Assembly (NCBI RefSeq): GCF_006345805.1
Contig: NC_043002.1
Location: forward strand, 116,622,001-116,686,000
Origin: Octopus sinensis
Taxonomy: Eukaryota
DNA: 64,000 nucleotides
Reading direction: 5' to 3'
Position 1 is the first letter of the stretch, and every line of letters starts with the position of its first letter. Under the pieces are notes generated by a model that saw only the letters and a program-made list of their open reading frames with translations, made no database searches and was not told the origin of the DNA. Shown here one piece after another: positions 1 to 13,045 of the stretch. A program made the position numbers and the translations under genes.

Positions 1-19
1 GTCACATGTATGCAGTCTA

Positions 20-236
<217 letters not shown>

Positions 237-551
237 GGCGGCGAGCTGGCAGAATCGTTAGCATACTGGGCAAAATGCTTAGCGACATTTCAACCGTCCA
301 TGCGTTCTAAATTCAAATTCCACCGAGGTCGACATTGCCTTTCATCCTTTCGGGGTCGTTAAATTACGTATCTATGAAACTAGGATAGCAGCATTTCGTC
401 TTACGATTTGAGTTCAAATTCTGCCAAGGTCGATTTTGCCTTCCATCTCCTTCCAGGGTCGATAAGATAAGTATCAGTTAAGTAATGGGGTCTATATAAT
501 CGATTTAACCCATCTCCGAAACTTGCTGGCCTTGTGCCAAAATTCGAAACC
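237..551 (+). mobile_element. tRNA-derived SINE family A, head plus a second partial unit
   Basis: GGCGGCGAGCTGGCAGAATCGTTAGC A-box-like head, GTTC(A/T)AAATT B-box, body GCCTTTCATCCTTTCGGGGTCG, tail GGCCTTGTGCCAAAATTCGAAAC; homologous copies elsewhere in window. Confidence 0.85.
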
Positions 552-923
552 ATGATTATTATTATTATTATTATTATTGTTGTTGTTGTTGTTGTTGTTG
601 TTTATTTATTTATTTATTTTGAAGTGCTGTAGCATGTAGTATATATGTATATATACGTAGGTTCTGCCATCCTTGAGATTTTCTTCTGTGGAAGATGTTT
701 TATTTATTTTAATAGATTTGCCATGGATTCAGTCGGTATTTTGATATTTTGATATTTTTTGTTGTTGCTTATTTGTGTCATATAATCTGAGATTATCTGC
801 ACGAGTTGATTATTTAAATAAGGGCATTCTATTGATATGTAGATAGATAAATAACTAGATAGATATATACATACATACGTACATACAAACATTTAGGTAT
901 TTATGTGCGTGTATATATATACA

Positions 924-965
<42 letters not shown>

Positions 966-1658
966 GAAAGAGAGTGAGAGAGAGATTTGATGTTCTGTAT
1001 TTAATATATATGAGTATGTGTCTGTGCGTAAATATACGCAAATATTATATATATATATACATATACATACATACATACATACGTACATATATATATATAT
1101 ATGATACATGAAAGAAATTGTTGTATACCGTGCTGAGGTGCACTACAACTAGGAAAAAAATATATAAATACACCCATATATACACACATGCACGCAAGTA
1201 GATACATGTACCCACATAAATATACACACATGTGTTAATTATTTCAAGCAGCTTCTTACAAACACCACCTTACAAATTTTATGTATTTAAAATTTAATTG
1301 TGAGCTATTAAAAATTTGTAAGCTAATTTCAGTGTCTTTTAAACATGTGAAAGAAAAAGAAAGAAAAAATGGTGACTTCCCACTACTGGAATCTCTCCTT
1401 CAATCTCAGTCACACACAAGCCTCTTAAAAAATGTGATGGACAGAACAGGTGATTCCATTGGTTAATATAGTCCTACATACACAAGGTCGGAATGTGATC
1501 ACATAGTCATGGATGTAGTGTCTATGATCATAGCTGTATTCAATCAGAGTCGGCCTGTGGTTAAATAACAACAGCTGCATTTGCTTCTTTATTTGGCAGT
1601 TAAACTAAATTTAAATTGTAAGAAATAATTCCGAGATTTTCTGAAGGTAATAGAGGGT

Positions 1659-1723
<65 letters not shown>

Positions 1724-3299
1724 TATAATATCCGTTGGGTGCTCACATTTTTATTCTCTCTAATATATATGTGTTTCGCTCAGTTAAAAAATTAAAGATG
1801 AATATTTTCTTTATAATTAAATACAATTATTAAATTCAGCTGCGTTAAAGAAATATATTGAAGAAGGCAAATGAAAATTCATTTACATAAATGAAAAATA
1901 AATTAGAGAAAGCACGTGTGAGGTTTTTAAAAACACGTGGAGCAACTTATTGTAGCCGCTCCTCTTTATTCTATTGAATCAGAGACTTTGATATTCACGT
2001 GCTTATTCTATTTCTGTTACCTTTCTCAGTGAAGTCATTAATGTCTGAACATTCGTAGTGTTTAGATATTAACGTATACAAAGTAGAAGAAATGTGATAC
2101 TAAATAGGAACCAAGTGAGATAGATATGTATGTGGTTTACCATCTAACAATATCTAATGCTTTCCAAATTTATCTGAATTTGGTCACGTGTCGATTACTA
2201 TTCTCACATTTAAATTAGTATCAAGACTTTAGCCCCTTATCTTAAGCTGTCAGACCGAACCGATTGTTTATTTGCACTTTTATTAAACCTAGTATTTCAA
2301 GCTAGAAGCAGTGAAGAAAAAGCACGCAATATGTTTATCACCTCACATGTTCAATTAAACCAGAAGGCCTAATGTAATTTTAAATACGTCAGTTATCCTC
2401 TATTTATGAGGAAGTTCAAATTCATCAGACTATGCAGTTATTTCACTTCACTAACCAAATGCTATGTCTCTTCTTCTGTCTAGATAGTATTTTTCTGTCT
2501 TTCTCCATCTACGTGAATCTACGTATAATGTCTGCGTATCTTTACACAGTAGAAGATAATCAACGAAAGCTAATTTAAAAGCGTGAATAGATTCATATGT
2601 TGAGAGCAAATCGTGATCTTTATTCCGCCTCTCTGCACTGAGGAGAAATTGAATTAGTTCAATTAGTTTAGATGGAAATACAGACATATCAAACATATCG
2701 GTATATGTATTTACATACATACACACATAAACACACAAACACACAAACGTGTGTGTCTTTGTGTGTGGGTGTGTGTATGCACGGATTTATAGGCGCTTGC
2801 TTGTAATTACATGAACTGGCAAATCGTTGGGTAAACAATCAAATCTATTTTAACTGTTTATATTCGCACCTATAACTATATTTTTGAGCTGCAGTATCTC
2901 TGCAAAAGATCGATTGACGTCAAAAGTTTCCCAAACTTTTACTCCCACTTGCATCTTAGCACGATTTCACAACCTATTTTAGGACACACAATTCCTAGTT
3001 CAAAGTTCAAGTCTGCTTTCCTCTGTGTTCTTTTGAAATTCTTTTATCTCCTGGCAAATTTATTCTTCTCTTGATATGAAAACTGCAACTACTACCGTAA
3101 TCAGTGCAGCTGTTGTAGCTGCTGCTACAGTAGCAGCGACTAACACTGTTGTTGCAAGAGAAACCAAACACAACCACTTTTAACATCGCCACAACTACCG
3201 CAGTAAACGCAGAAGAGAAATACTACTATTACAAATATACAGAAAGAAATAAAACTATGATAGCAATGATCACAATATCTAAAATGTTATCACACATAC

Positions 3300-3376
3300 T
3301 CAGCAGCATTTTCATCATCATCACCGATATCACCAGTAACACAACCACCACAACCACCATTACCACCACCACCACC

Positions 3377-3407
<31 letters not shown>

Positions 3408-3525
3408 CCATCAATATCATCGTCATCTTCTTTATCATTATCATAGTTGTCAACATCACCGTTATCATCATCATCGTCACCTTCATAATGATCATGATGA
3501 TGATCGTGATGATGCCGATCATCAT
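3300..3525. repeat. (CAC)n/(CAT)n trinucleotide repeat
   Basis: Directly visible. Confidence 0.9.
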
Positions 3526-4261
3526 GTTTAGAACGAAGTAAAAGGAAGTAAGACGAATTAAGACTACTACTATATACCTAAATATATTTTGTTTTCTACA
3601 AATGTATTGCCTTTCCTTTAGTCTAACCATATATGGTATGAAAATTTTGCCAAGCATCTCCCAGTGGATAGTACTGATATACAGAATGAAGTGTAAACTC
3701 ATTGTTCATTCAATGAGCACATGCCTAACTTCAGGGAACTGTGGAAGAATTTCCCATGGGGTCACCATTCAAATTGAATTGTTTTATTATATAAATATAT
3801 GTTCACATGTTTGTGTGAGTGTGTGGATAAACAAACACACTTATGTATATGCATACACACACACACATAAGTGTGTGTGTATTATAAACATATATGTATA
3901 TAGGTATAAATGTATATATATATATATTTCTTTATATATGTATATATAAATATGTGTACATATATATATGCATATAGGTATAAGATACACACACATATAT
4001 ATATATTATATGTGTGTGTGTATATAAAAGTATATATATGCATGCACGTATGTATCTCTCTCCCTCTCCCTCTCTCTCTCTCTGTATATACATCCATATC
4101 CATCTATGTATCTATATAGATACACACACACATATATATATGTATACACACATATACATTGATGTGCAAATATTTATATTAGGTAAGTGCCACACACAAA
4201 ACTCCTGGTTACTGAATCGCTTTTGTAACTTGCCCTAGTGATAAAATACAAAATATGTCAG

Positions 4262-4411
4262 TCTTCTTCTTCTTCTTCTTCTTCTTCTTCTTCTTCTTCT
4301 TCTTCTTCTTCTTCTTCTTCTTCTTCTTCTTCTTTTTCTTCTTCTTCTTCTTCTTCTTCTTCTTCTCCTTCTTCTCTTCTTCTTCTTCTTCTTCTTCTCT
4401 CTCTCTCTCTC

Positions 4412-4445
<34 letters not shown>
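4262..4445. repeat. (CTT)n followed by (CT)n
   Basis: Directly visible. Confidence 0.95.
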
Positions 4446-4448
<3 letters not shown>

Positions 4449-5339
4449 GTAAAATAATATATCTACATATATATTATATATCATATTATATATATATATA
4501 TATATAAATATATATATATATGCATACATAAACGAATGCGTGTATATATACATATATAAGCATATCTATATTATGTAAGCGTACTCACATACACTCATAC
4601 TGAAATACGCACGTGTACACACGCAGATATATATTACGGTCGCGACCAAGAGTTAGCATGTTCAATTCCACTACGCTACCTTTTGGAAACATATAGATTT
4701 GCCTATCCTCATACCTTGTTAATGAGACTGGGTAGACGGATACCGTATAGAGAGTTTGTACCTGTAATTACTAATATAACGTGTTGCCATACAAAGTGTC
4801 ACGCAAATTCCGTTAAGTGTACACGTGTTTACGGGCACTTATGTCATATCCTAGAAGAGAATTTATTTGATCGAACAACTGAATTCTCATCGGATTTATG
4901 TATAGCAAAATATGTATGTATATATATATATGTATATATGTATATATAAATATATATATGTATATATATAAATATATATTATATATATGCATATGTATAT
5001 GTATACGTATATATATGTGTATATATATATGCAGACACGCGCGCGTGTATGTGTGTGGTTAATTTTGTATTAAGTTTTCATGGTCAAAAGTTGCACTTTA
5101 ACTAAAGCCGATTAAAACGAACAACATAGTTACATCATGTATTGAGTTCTATTTGAAGTGTTATCTATTTATCTATCTACCTATCTATCTATGCGTGTGT
5201 ATATATATATATGGCAGTTCAAATAGGAATATATATGAGTATATTAACTGTTTAAAATATAAATAAAGAAGTATGAATACATACACACACACACATATAT
5301 ATATTTATGTACATGCATATATACATTTATATTATGTAG

Positions 5340-5384
<45 letters not shown>

Positions 5385-5726
5385 CTACTTACATACATAT
5401 ACTTATATGCTGAAATATACATGCAAGCATGCCCCCCCCCACACATACAACACCCACCCCACGTGTAGGAGTGAATAAAGGGGCGAATGATAGCGCACTC
5501 GACAGATTTGTTTTGACTTGGACATATTGAATGACAGTATCACTGAACTCCACATCATTTGAAATTTCGAGGGCGTACATACGTAAACAATAAACATACA
5601 TGCAATGCGAATGTAGGTATGTATGTATGTATACATGCATGTCTGTGTATGTACGTGCGTATATTATATATATTATATATATATATATATCTATAATATA
5701 ATATATATATATATATTATATAATAT

Positions 5727-5757
<31 letters not shown>

Positions 5758-5842
5758 ATATGTATGTATATATATATATATATACACTGAATAATATATA
5801 TATATATATAATATATACATATATACATACACACACACACAC

Positions 5843-5875
<33 letters not shown>

Positions 5876-5915
5876 GTATTATATATATATATATACATAC
5901 ACATGATATATATAT

Positions 5916-6332
5916 GTAGGCGTAGGAGTGGCTGTGTGGTAAGTAGCTTGCTTACCAAACACATGGATCCGGGTTCAGTTCCACTGCGTGGCACCTTGGG
6001 AAAGTGTCTTCTACTATAGCCTTAGGTCGACCAACGCCTTGTGAATGGATTTGGAAGACGGAAACTGAAAGAAGCCCGTCGTATGTATGTATATATATAT
6101 TTGTATGTGTGTGTATATGCTTGTGTGCCTGTATTTGTCGCCCCAACATCCCGTGACATCCGATGCTAGTGTGTTTACGTCCCCGTAACACAGCGGTTCG
6201 GCAAAAAGACCCGATAGAATAAGTTCTAGGCTTCCAAAGAATAAGTCTTGGGATCGATATGCTCGGCTAAAGGCGGCGCTCCAGCATGGCCACAGTTAAA
6301 TGATTGAAACAAGTTAAAAAGTAAAGAGAAAA
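5916..6332 (+). mobile_element. tRNA-derived SINE family B (CORE-like), full length with internal microsatellite
   Basis: GTAGGCGTAGGAGTGGCTGTGTGGTAAGTAGC head, GGTTCAGTTCC B-box, CCTTGGGAAAGTG CORE-like block, internal (TA/TG)n, tail ...CCAGCATGGCCACAGTTAAATGATTGAAACAAG. Confidence 0.85.
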
Positions 6333-6339
6333 GAGTATA

Positions 6340-6459
6340 TCTACCCACCTACCTACCTACCTACCTATCTATCTACCTACCCACCTACCTACCTACCTAC
6401 CTACCTACCTACCTACCTACCTACCTACCTATCTATCTATCTATCTATCTATCTATCTG

Positions 6460-6503
<44 letters not shown>

Positions 6504-6564
6504 CTTATCTATCTACCTACCCACCTACCTACCTACCTACCTAACTACCTACCTACCTACCTAC

Positions 6565-6611
<47 letters not shown>

Positions 6612-6688
6612 CTTATCTATCTACCTACCCACCTACCTACCTACCTACCTAACTACCTACCCACCTACCTACCTACCTACCTACCTAC

Positions 6689-6754
<66 letters not shown>

Positions 6755-6755
6755 G
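6340..6755. repeat. Compound (CTAC)n/(CTAT)n array with ~108-bp higher-order unit
   Basis: Variant landmarks CTACTT at 6501 and 6609, CTAACT at 6541 and 6649. Confidence 0.85.
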
Positions 6756-7062
6756 TATATATATATATATGAATACACACACATATATATGAACGCATGT
6801 GTGTATTTGAATAAATATTCATATGGATATACGCTCACTCCTACGTACATACACACCTCCACATCATCCTCAAGTAGTGCGTGAAAAGACGAAGGAAATG
6901 TAGTACTCAACATATTTACTTGAAGTTGCTTTACTGAATAACAGTTTGACTTGTTTCCTTCTTATTTCACGTTTCGTGGGTGCAGCATATGTCCACCTCT
7001 TTAGGCTTCCTTAGTCAGCTTGTAAGGCGTACCTACAACACCCACGAAACTGAGAAGAATGT

Positions 7063-7147
<85 letters not shown>

Positions 7148-7629
7148 AATATATATTTTCTTATATGCTTATATTTATATATATATAAATGTATGGATAT
7201 ATATGTGTATGTATATATGTGTATATATATTAATAAATTATATGAATTGGTATTATCTGTAAGTTGATGATTGAAAGGAATCTATTCCTCCATTTTCTTG
7301 TTTTGTATTATGAATTTGAGGTAAAACATTTTACCTTCGCCCATATAATACAATAAATGAACTAATTGCCTTGCAATTGTAAGCATTTATGCATTAAACT
7401 TTTGGGTACTTCACCAGCAGTATATTGGATAACTGATATGCCATAGTGGGTTACACTCATAACCCCTATCTCACTTTGTACTTATATATATATATATATA
7501 TATACACACGCACACACACTTATATATATTTGTGTTTGTAAGTAAATATATATAAGTAAGTAAGTATATATATATATATATATATATATTATGTGTGTGT
7601 GTGTGGTGTGTGTGTTTGTATACGTATAC

Positions 7630-8048
7630 ATACTTTCTTTTCATTTATTCTTGTACTTGTTTCAGTCACTTAACTTCGGTCGTGCTGGAGCACCACCTTT
7701 TAGTCCCAGAAACCGATCCCCGGACTTATTCTTTGTAAGCCAAGTACTTATTCGGTCTGTTGTTCTGCGGATCCGTTAGGTTAGGTGTGCGTAAGCACAC
7801 CAACATCAGTTGTTAAGCGATGGGACGGAGGATGGAGAGAAACAGAGGCAACGACACACATAAATATATACATATATATAGACGACAGGCTTCTTTCAGT
7901 TTTCGTTTACCAAATCCACTCACAAGGCTTTGCTCGGCCCCAAACTATAGTAGACGACACTTGTCCAAGGTGCCTCGCAATGGGACTGAACCCAGCACCC
8001 TCTGTTTGGGAAGCAAGCTTCTTATCACACAGCCATGCCTGCGTCTAC
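7630..8048 (-). mobile_element. SINE family B, full length
   Basis: Reverse complement of the B head, body and tail. Confidence 0.85.
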
Positions 8049-8054
8049 GTATAT

Positions 8055-8388
8055 GTAGGCGCAGGTGTGGCTGTATGGTAAAAGAGTTGCTTCCCAACCT
8101 TATGGTTCCGAGTTCAGTTCCATTTCGTGCCACCTTGGGTAAGTCTCTTGTACTGAAAGATGCATGTTGTCTTTATGTCTGTGTTTGTTGTTCGTCCCCC
8201 ACCACCGCTTGACAACCGGTGTTGGAGTATTCACGTCCCATAATCTAGCAGTTCAGCAAAAGAAACCGATAGAATAAGTACAGTACCAGGCTTTAAATAT
8301 AAGTATTCGGGTCGATTAGTTAGACTAAAATTCTTCAAGGCAGTGCCCCAGCATGGTCGCAGTTTAATGACAGAAACAAGTAAAAGGT
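8055..8388 (+). mobile_element. SINE family B with internal deletion
   Basis: GTAGGCGCAGGTGTGGCTGTATGGTAA head and B tail. Confidence 0.85.
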
Positions 8389-8393
8389 AATAT

Positions 8394-9030
8394 GTAGGCA
8401 TGGCTATGTGTTAAGAAGCTTGGTTCCTAACCACATGGTTCAGGGTTCAGTCTCACTGCGTCGTACCTTGAGTGGGTATCTTCTACTACAGTAATCCTTC
8501 GGCTATCGCGGGTGTTACGTTTCAACCCCCCCCCCGCGATAGCTGAACATCCACGAAGGAGAAACAGTACTGTATTGTATATTTTTTGAAATTCTTTCTA
8601 TAATTTGTATATATTTATTTTATTATAAATGCAAAACAACACCATGGAGGAATCAACATAAGCTTCTATATTGAGCCGCCGTAGGTGAACTGCGATATGG
8701 TGAGGGACTACTGTATAGCCTTGGGCCGACAAAAGCCTTGTGAGCGGATTCGGTAGACGGAAACTGAGAGAAGCTCGTCGTATATAAATATATACACTTT
8801 TATGTGTGGTGTCTTTCTATCTGTGTTTGTCCCCACCACCATCACCGCCATCGCTTGACAAACGATGTTTGTGCCCCCACTATCGCTTGGCAACCGATGT
8901 TAGGCAAAAAAGGGACCAACAGAATAAGTACTAGGCTCACAAATAACAAGCTTCGGGATCGATTTGTTCCACTAAAGGCCGTGCTCTAGCATGGCCGCAA
9001 TCAAATGACTGAAACTAGTGAAGGAATAAA
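8394..9030 (+). mobile_element. SINE family B interrupted by a MITE
   Basis: Head 8394-8488; body resumes at 8714 (TATAGCCTTGGGCCGAC); tail to ~9030. Confidence 0.8.
8489..8713. mobile_element. pogo/Tigger-like MITE with TA target-site duplication
   Basis: TA|CAGTAATCCTTC ... GAGGGACTACTG|TA (TIRs match 10/12); internal hairpin GCTATCGCGGG/CCCGCGATAGC; splits the SINE B sequence CTACTATAGCC at TA. Confidence 0.75.
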
Positions 9031-9150
9031 ATAATGTGTGTGTATGTATACGCCGATGATTTGTAGTTTTAGCTTGTATTTCAATATTTCTGGATTAGGT
9101 CCCCTCCAGTGTTTTGGCTTCCTGATATAAAATTAAAACTGTTTATATAT

Positions 9151-9467
9151 GTAGGCACAAGCGTCGCTGCGTGGTAAGAAATTTATTTCCCAGCCAAATG
9201 GTTCCGGGTTCAGTCCTACTACGTGGCACCTTGGGCAAAGTCTCCTCTACTATAGCCTGGGGTCGACAAAAGTCTTGGGAGTGGATTTGGTTGACGGAAA
9301 CTGAAAGAAGCCCGTCATATGTATGCATGCATGTATGTATGTATGTATGTATGTATGTATGTATGTATGTTGTATGTATGTATGTATGTATGTATGTACG
9401 TACGTACGTACGTACAAACGTATGTATGTATGTATGTATGTATGTATGTATATATATTATATATATA

Positions 9468-9505
<38 letters not shown>

Positions 9506-9773
9506 TATATATATATAATTAGTGAATTGAAGAAATGGAGCTGAACGAAGAATGAACAGAAATCGTTTTATTTCATTCTACACGTGTTTCGAAAGGCACA
9601 ATTTACCAAAATCCGATTGAATAATGAGACCATATTGTGCCTTTCTCTTCAGGAAGAAATAGGAAATCCGTTGGAAAAAAACAAAAACAGAACAGAGGCG
9701 GAGCAAAACAAATCGAGCTTTTGATTAATCTTTTGATTAATCTGCTACAAGATTATTCATCTTTCTATTTCAC

Positions 9774-9846
<73 letters not shown>

Positions 9847-10060
9847 CACGTGTGTGTCTTTGTGACTGTTTGTCACACTCACCATCACTTGACAATTGAT
9901 ATTGGTGTGTTTACATTTCCGAAACTTAGCGGTTCGGTAAAGAGACCGATAGAATAAGCACCAGTTTTACAAAGATAAAATCTTGGGTTCGGCTAAGAGG
10001 TAGTGCTCCAGCATGGCCGCAGTTAAATTATTGAAGCAAGTAAAAAAATAATAAAGAATA
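9151..10060 (+). mobile_element. SINE family B with expanded internal microsatellite and nested insertion
   Basis: Head/body 9151-9318, (TATG)n/(TA)n, foreign insert ~9520-9775, B tail ~9850-10060. Confidence 0.8.
9570..9660 (-). ncRNA. Type I hammerhead ribozyme motif with intact core
   Basis: Minus strand: ATTTCTTC-CUGAAGA-GAAAGGCACAAU(31-nt loop)AUUGUGCCUUUC-GAAAC-ACGU-GUA/GAAUGAAAU; 12-bp helix II, palindromic helix III ACACGUGU, helix I 8 bp with one bulge. Confidence 0.75.
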
Positions 10061-10318
10061 ACAATGTATATATCAAACAATGGTTCAGCAATGTAGCTAC
10101 ACAATTGCTGTTGGTGATTTTCCCCGGACTTTTGGACTTTCTCCTTTTCCTTTTTCTCTTTTTTCTTTACGATGAAGAGCTATAACTCTAAATGTCAAAA
10201 ACTCTCACTTTCTACTGAGCGACAAATTAATACATTCGATGTGCACATCTTCTTGTTGGTTATTTTTTTCAATACTCGTTTATTCGATTTGGCTTTATAC
10301 ACTGCATATATATAATAT

Positions 10319-10368
<50 letters not shown>

Positions 10369-10383
10369 CACAAGCGCGCGCAC

Positions 10384-10423
<40 letters not shown>

Positions 10424-10689
10424 ACACACATACATGTATGTATATACATATGTGTGAAATTTGACTGGCGACAGTTGGTGCGGTCAACTACGGTTGCTTT
10501 CTGAATTAGCGGCGGAGAGAAAAAGAGTTTGCTAAGAAATAGAATGGAGAAAGAAATTTCCCTTGAGGAGAGAGAACCGCTCAGGGTATTTTCTTTTTGC
10601 TTTATTATGCGATGTATAAATTTTTTTTTATCGGTTTCATCTCAAAACTGCGGCCATTATTGAGAGCCTTCTCTGACGTGTGGCATTTG

Positions 10690-12530
10690 GTAAATAAGGA
10701 AGTTTGATGTCGCTGCCCTCCTTTGCACATCCTCCCGGGAGGTTAGTTCATCTGGGGCTCACGACAGGAAGGGATCTAGTTTTATTTTGAAAACACTTAC
10801 ATCCAGTTTTATTTAGGTCTCTCAGGCTCTTTGGGAGAATATTAAAAAGCTGTGGGACCTTGAAACCCAGGCTGTTGCAGTAACTGATCCTGAAGCGCGA
10901 CGGCATTGTTGGGATCTTTGGCGCTGTGCAGTGGCTACCCATTCTGGCATTTATGTAGCTTTCAACGCAAAAATTTGTCATAATCCCTTCCAGGATCTTC
11001 CAGATGTATATTACTGCTTCTCTTCCCCGCCTTCGCTCCAGGGAGTAGAGTCTCAGTTCTTTCAGCTTTTCCCAGTAGCTGAGCTGTTGCAATGAGACGA
11101 TTTTCTTTGTGAAGCTTTGCTGGATTGCTTCAAGGTTCTCTGTTGATTTTACACTGTGAGTTGACCATAGTTGGGAGCAATAGTCCAGCCGGCTGAGGAC
11201 GAATGTCCTCCAGTAGATCACCATTGTTTTCTTCTCTCTGGTTCTCAGGATCTAGCCAGCCAGCCGTCTGCACTTTGTCACCATCTTGGTAATGTGCACT
11301 TGAAATGTTGATACTCAGGTAATGGGATTAAAATACCTCCTAGGCCAGTGTACCCTGTAAGTTTTTCGTTTAATTTTGGGTACTGGTAGCACAGGGCTTG
11401 GAATTTTCCAGCATTAAACTATATATTATTGTCCTCAGTCAATCTGTAATTTGCGTCCATCTCCTACTGCAGGCGTGCAACATCGCTAGGGTTTTGAATT
11501 TTCTGCGAGACTTTCGTATCGTCTGCGTAGCTAACAAGGGTGGCTATCCTGGCTGTGGTCCCAAGACAGTGCTCTTTGGAACACTACTCACTATTTGTGT
11601 TTCCTTTGAGGTGGATCAATTGGCCACAACTGTCTGACTTCTATCTTTCAGAGTCATGTAATCACTCTCTAAGTTTTCCAGCTATGCCAAAATCGCAGTT
11701 TGTGGCATATCATACCATGATCAACTTAATCAAAAGCTTTTGCAAAGTCAAAGTATATTACGCCCATATTTGCGTTGTAAAGTAACTACTTCAACACCCA
11801 GTCATAGTGGTGTCAGCAGCTCCTGACCGGACAAACTAATCGCATTCAAGGAGTGCGATTAGTTTGTCTCTGACTATTCGTTTCATGACTTTGCGCATGT
11901 GTGAAGTCAAAGAGATCGGCCTACAATGTTTGGCATCTGCTTTGCTTCTTCCTTTATGGATTGGGCGTATTATTCCCTACTTCAGTTTGCTTGGCAACTT
12001 GCCATTATAAAAAAAAATTCTGGAAGAGAATCTGTTGTGGTTTTGCTAGGCACATTTGCACGATTGAGGAGGATTGCTGGGAAACCATCAGGGCTAGCAG
12101 CTGAGTAGTAACAACACTTTTGAACTGTTCATTCAGTACTTCACTGATCCTGGTTGGGTTATCTGTGAGGGAGCAGTCCTTCTGGAAGAGAGGATCCAAA
12201 TTTGCAGAGTACCGACGCGATTTCTTTGGCATAATGAAAGAAGGCCTTTGGGTTTGACTTTGTTTCTTTTTTTTTTGTAACAAGGCTCCTTTGTCTGCTC
12301 TCGCTCCTTCACACAGGATTGTTGCAGGATTTTTTAATCTCTCTCAGTGTTGTTATTAGGAGGGACCTTTCACTACTTCTGGGATGTTGGTTGAAATGAT
12401 TTGCAGCCTTCATCCAATATGTTATTTGCCTTGGTTGGTTGGAGTACAATTTACCCCATAAATAGGGCATTGTTGAGGTTGAGCAGGGAGTCCACCTGCA
12501 CTTATTTCCAATGAGTCATTCCTGTATAGG
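10690..12530 (-). mobile_element. CR1/L2-type LINE, 5'-truncated and degenerate (reverse transcriptase pseudogene)
   Basis: Minus-strand motifs KSNPKAFFHYAK, RPISLTSH, FDFAKAFD, SSVPKSTVLGP, YADDTK (YADD 11518-11529), VLSRLDYCSQLWS...YSLERRR (ORF 10748-11224). Confidence 0.9.
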
Positions 12531-12539
12531 TATTCAACA

Positions 12540-12544
12540 TACAC

Positions 12545-12575
<31 letters not shown>

Positions 12576-12778
12576 TATATATATATAAATATATATATAT
12601 ACATATGTGTATACATATGCATATACACATGTAAATATATACATACACGTATATATGTACATGTGTATATATATAAATATATATATGCATATATATGCAT
12701 ATATATACATATATACACTTACATATAAATATATATACATGTTTATATATGTATATATATATATGTATATATATATGA

Positions 12779-12809
<31 letters not shown>

Positions 12810-12963
12810 CACGTATATAGTTGATATTTACAAAAGAACAAAAAACGAAGACAGGTATATAAACAACAGCATACATATATACATACATAGATAAATATAT
12901 ATATATATATATATGTATGTATATAAACATACATATATACATATATATGTATGTGTATATATA

Positions 12964-13020
<57 letters not shown>

Positions 13021-13045
13021 CATCATCATTATTATTATTATTTTT
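12540..13045. repeat. (CA)n/(TA)n/(ATT)n compound microsatellite
   Basis: Directly visible. Confidence 0.9.
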
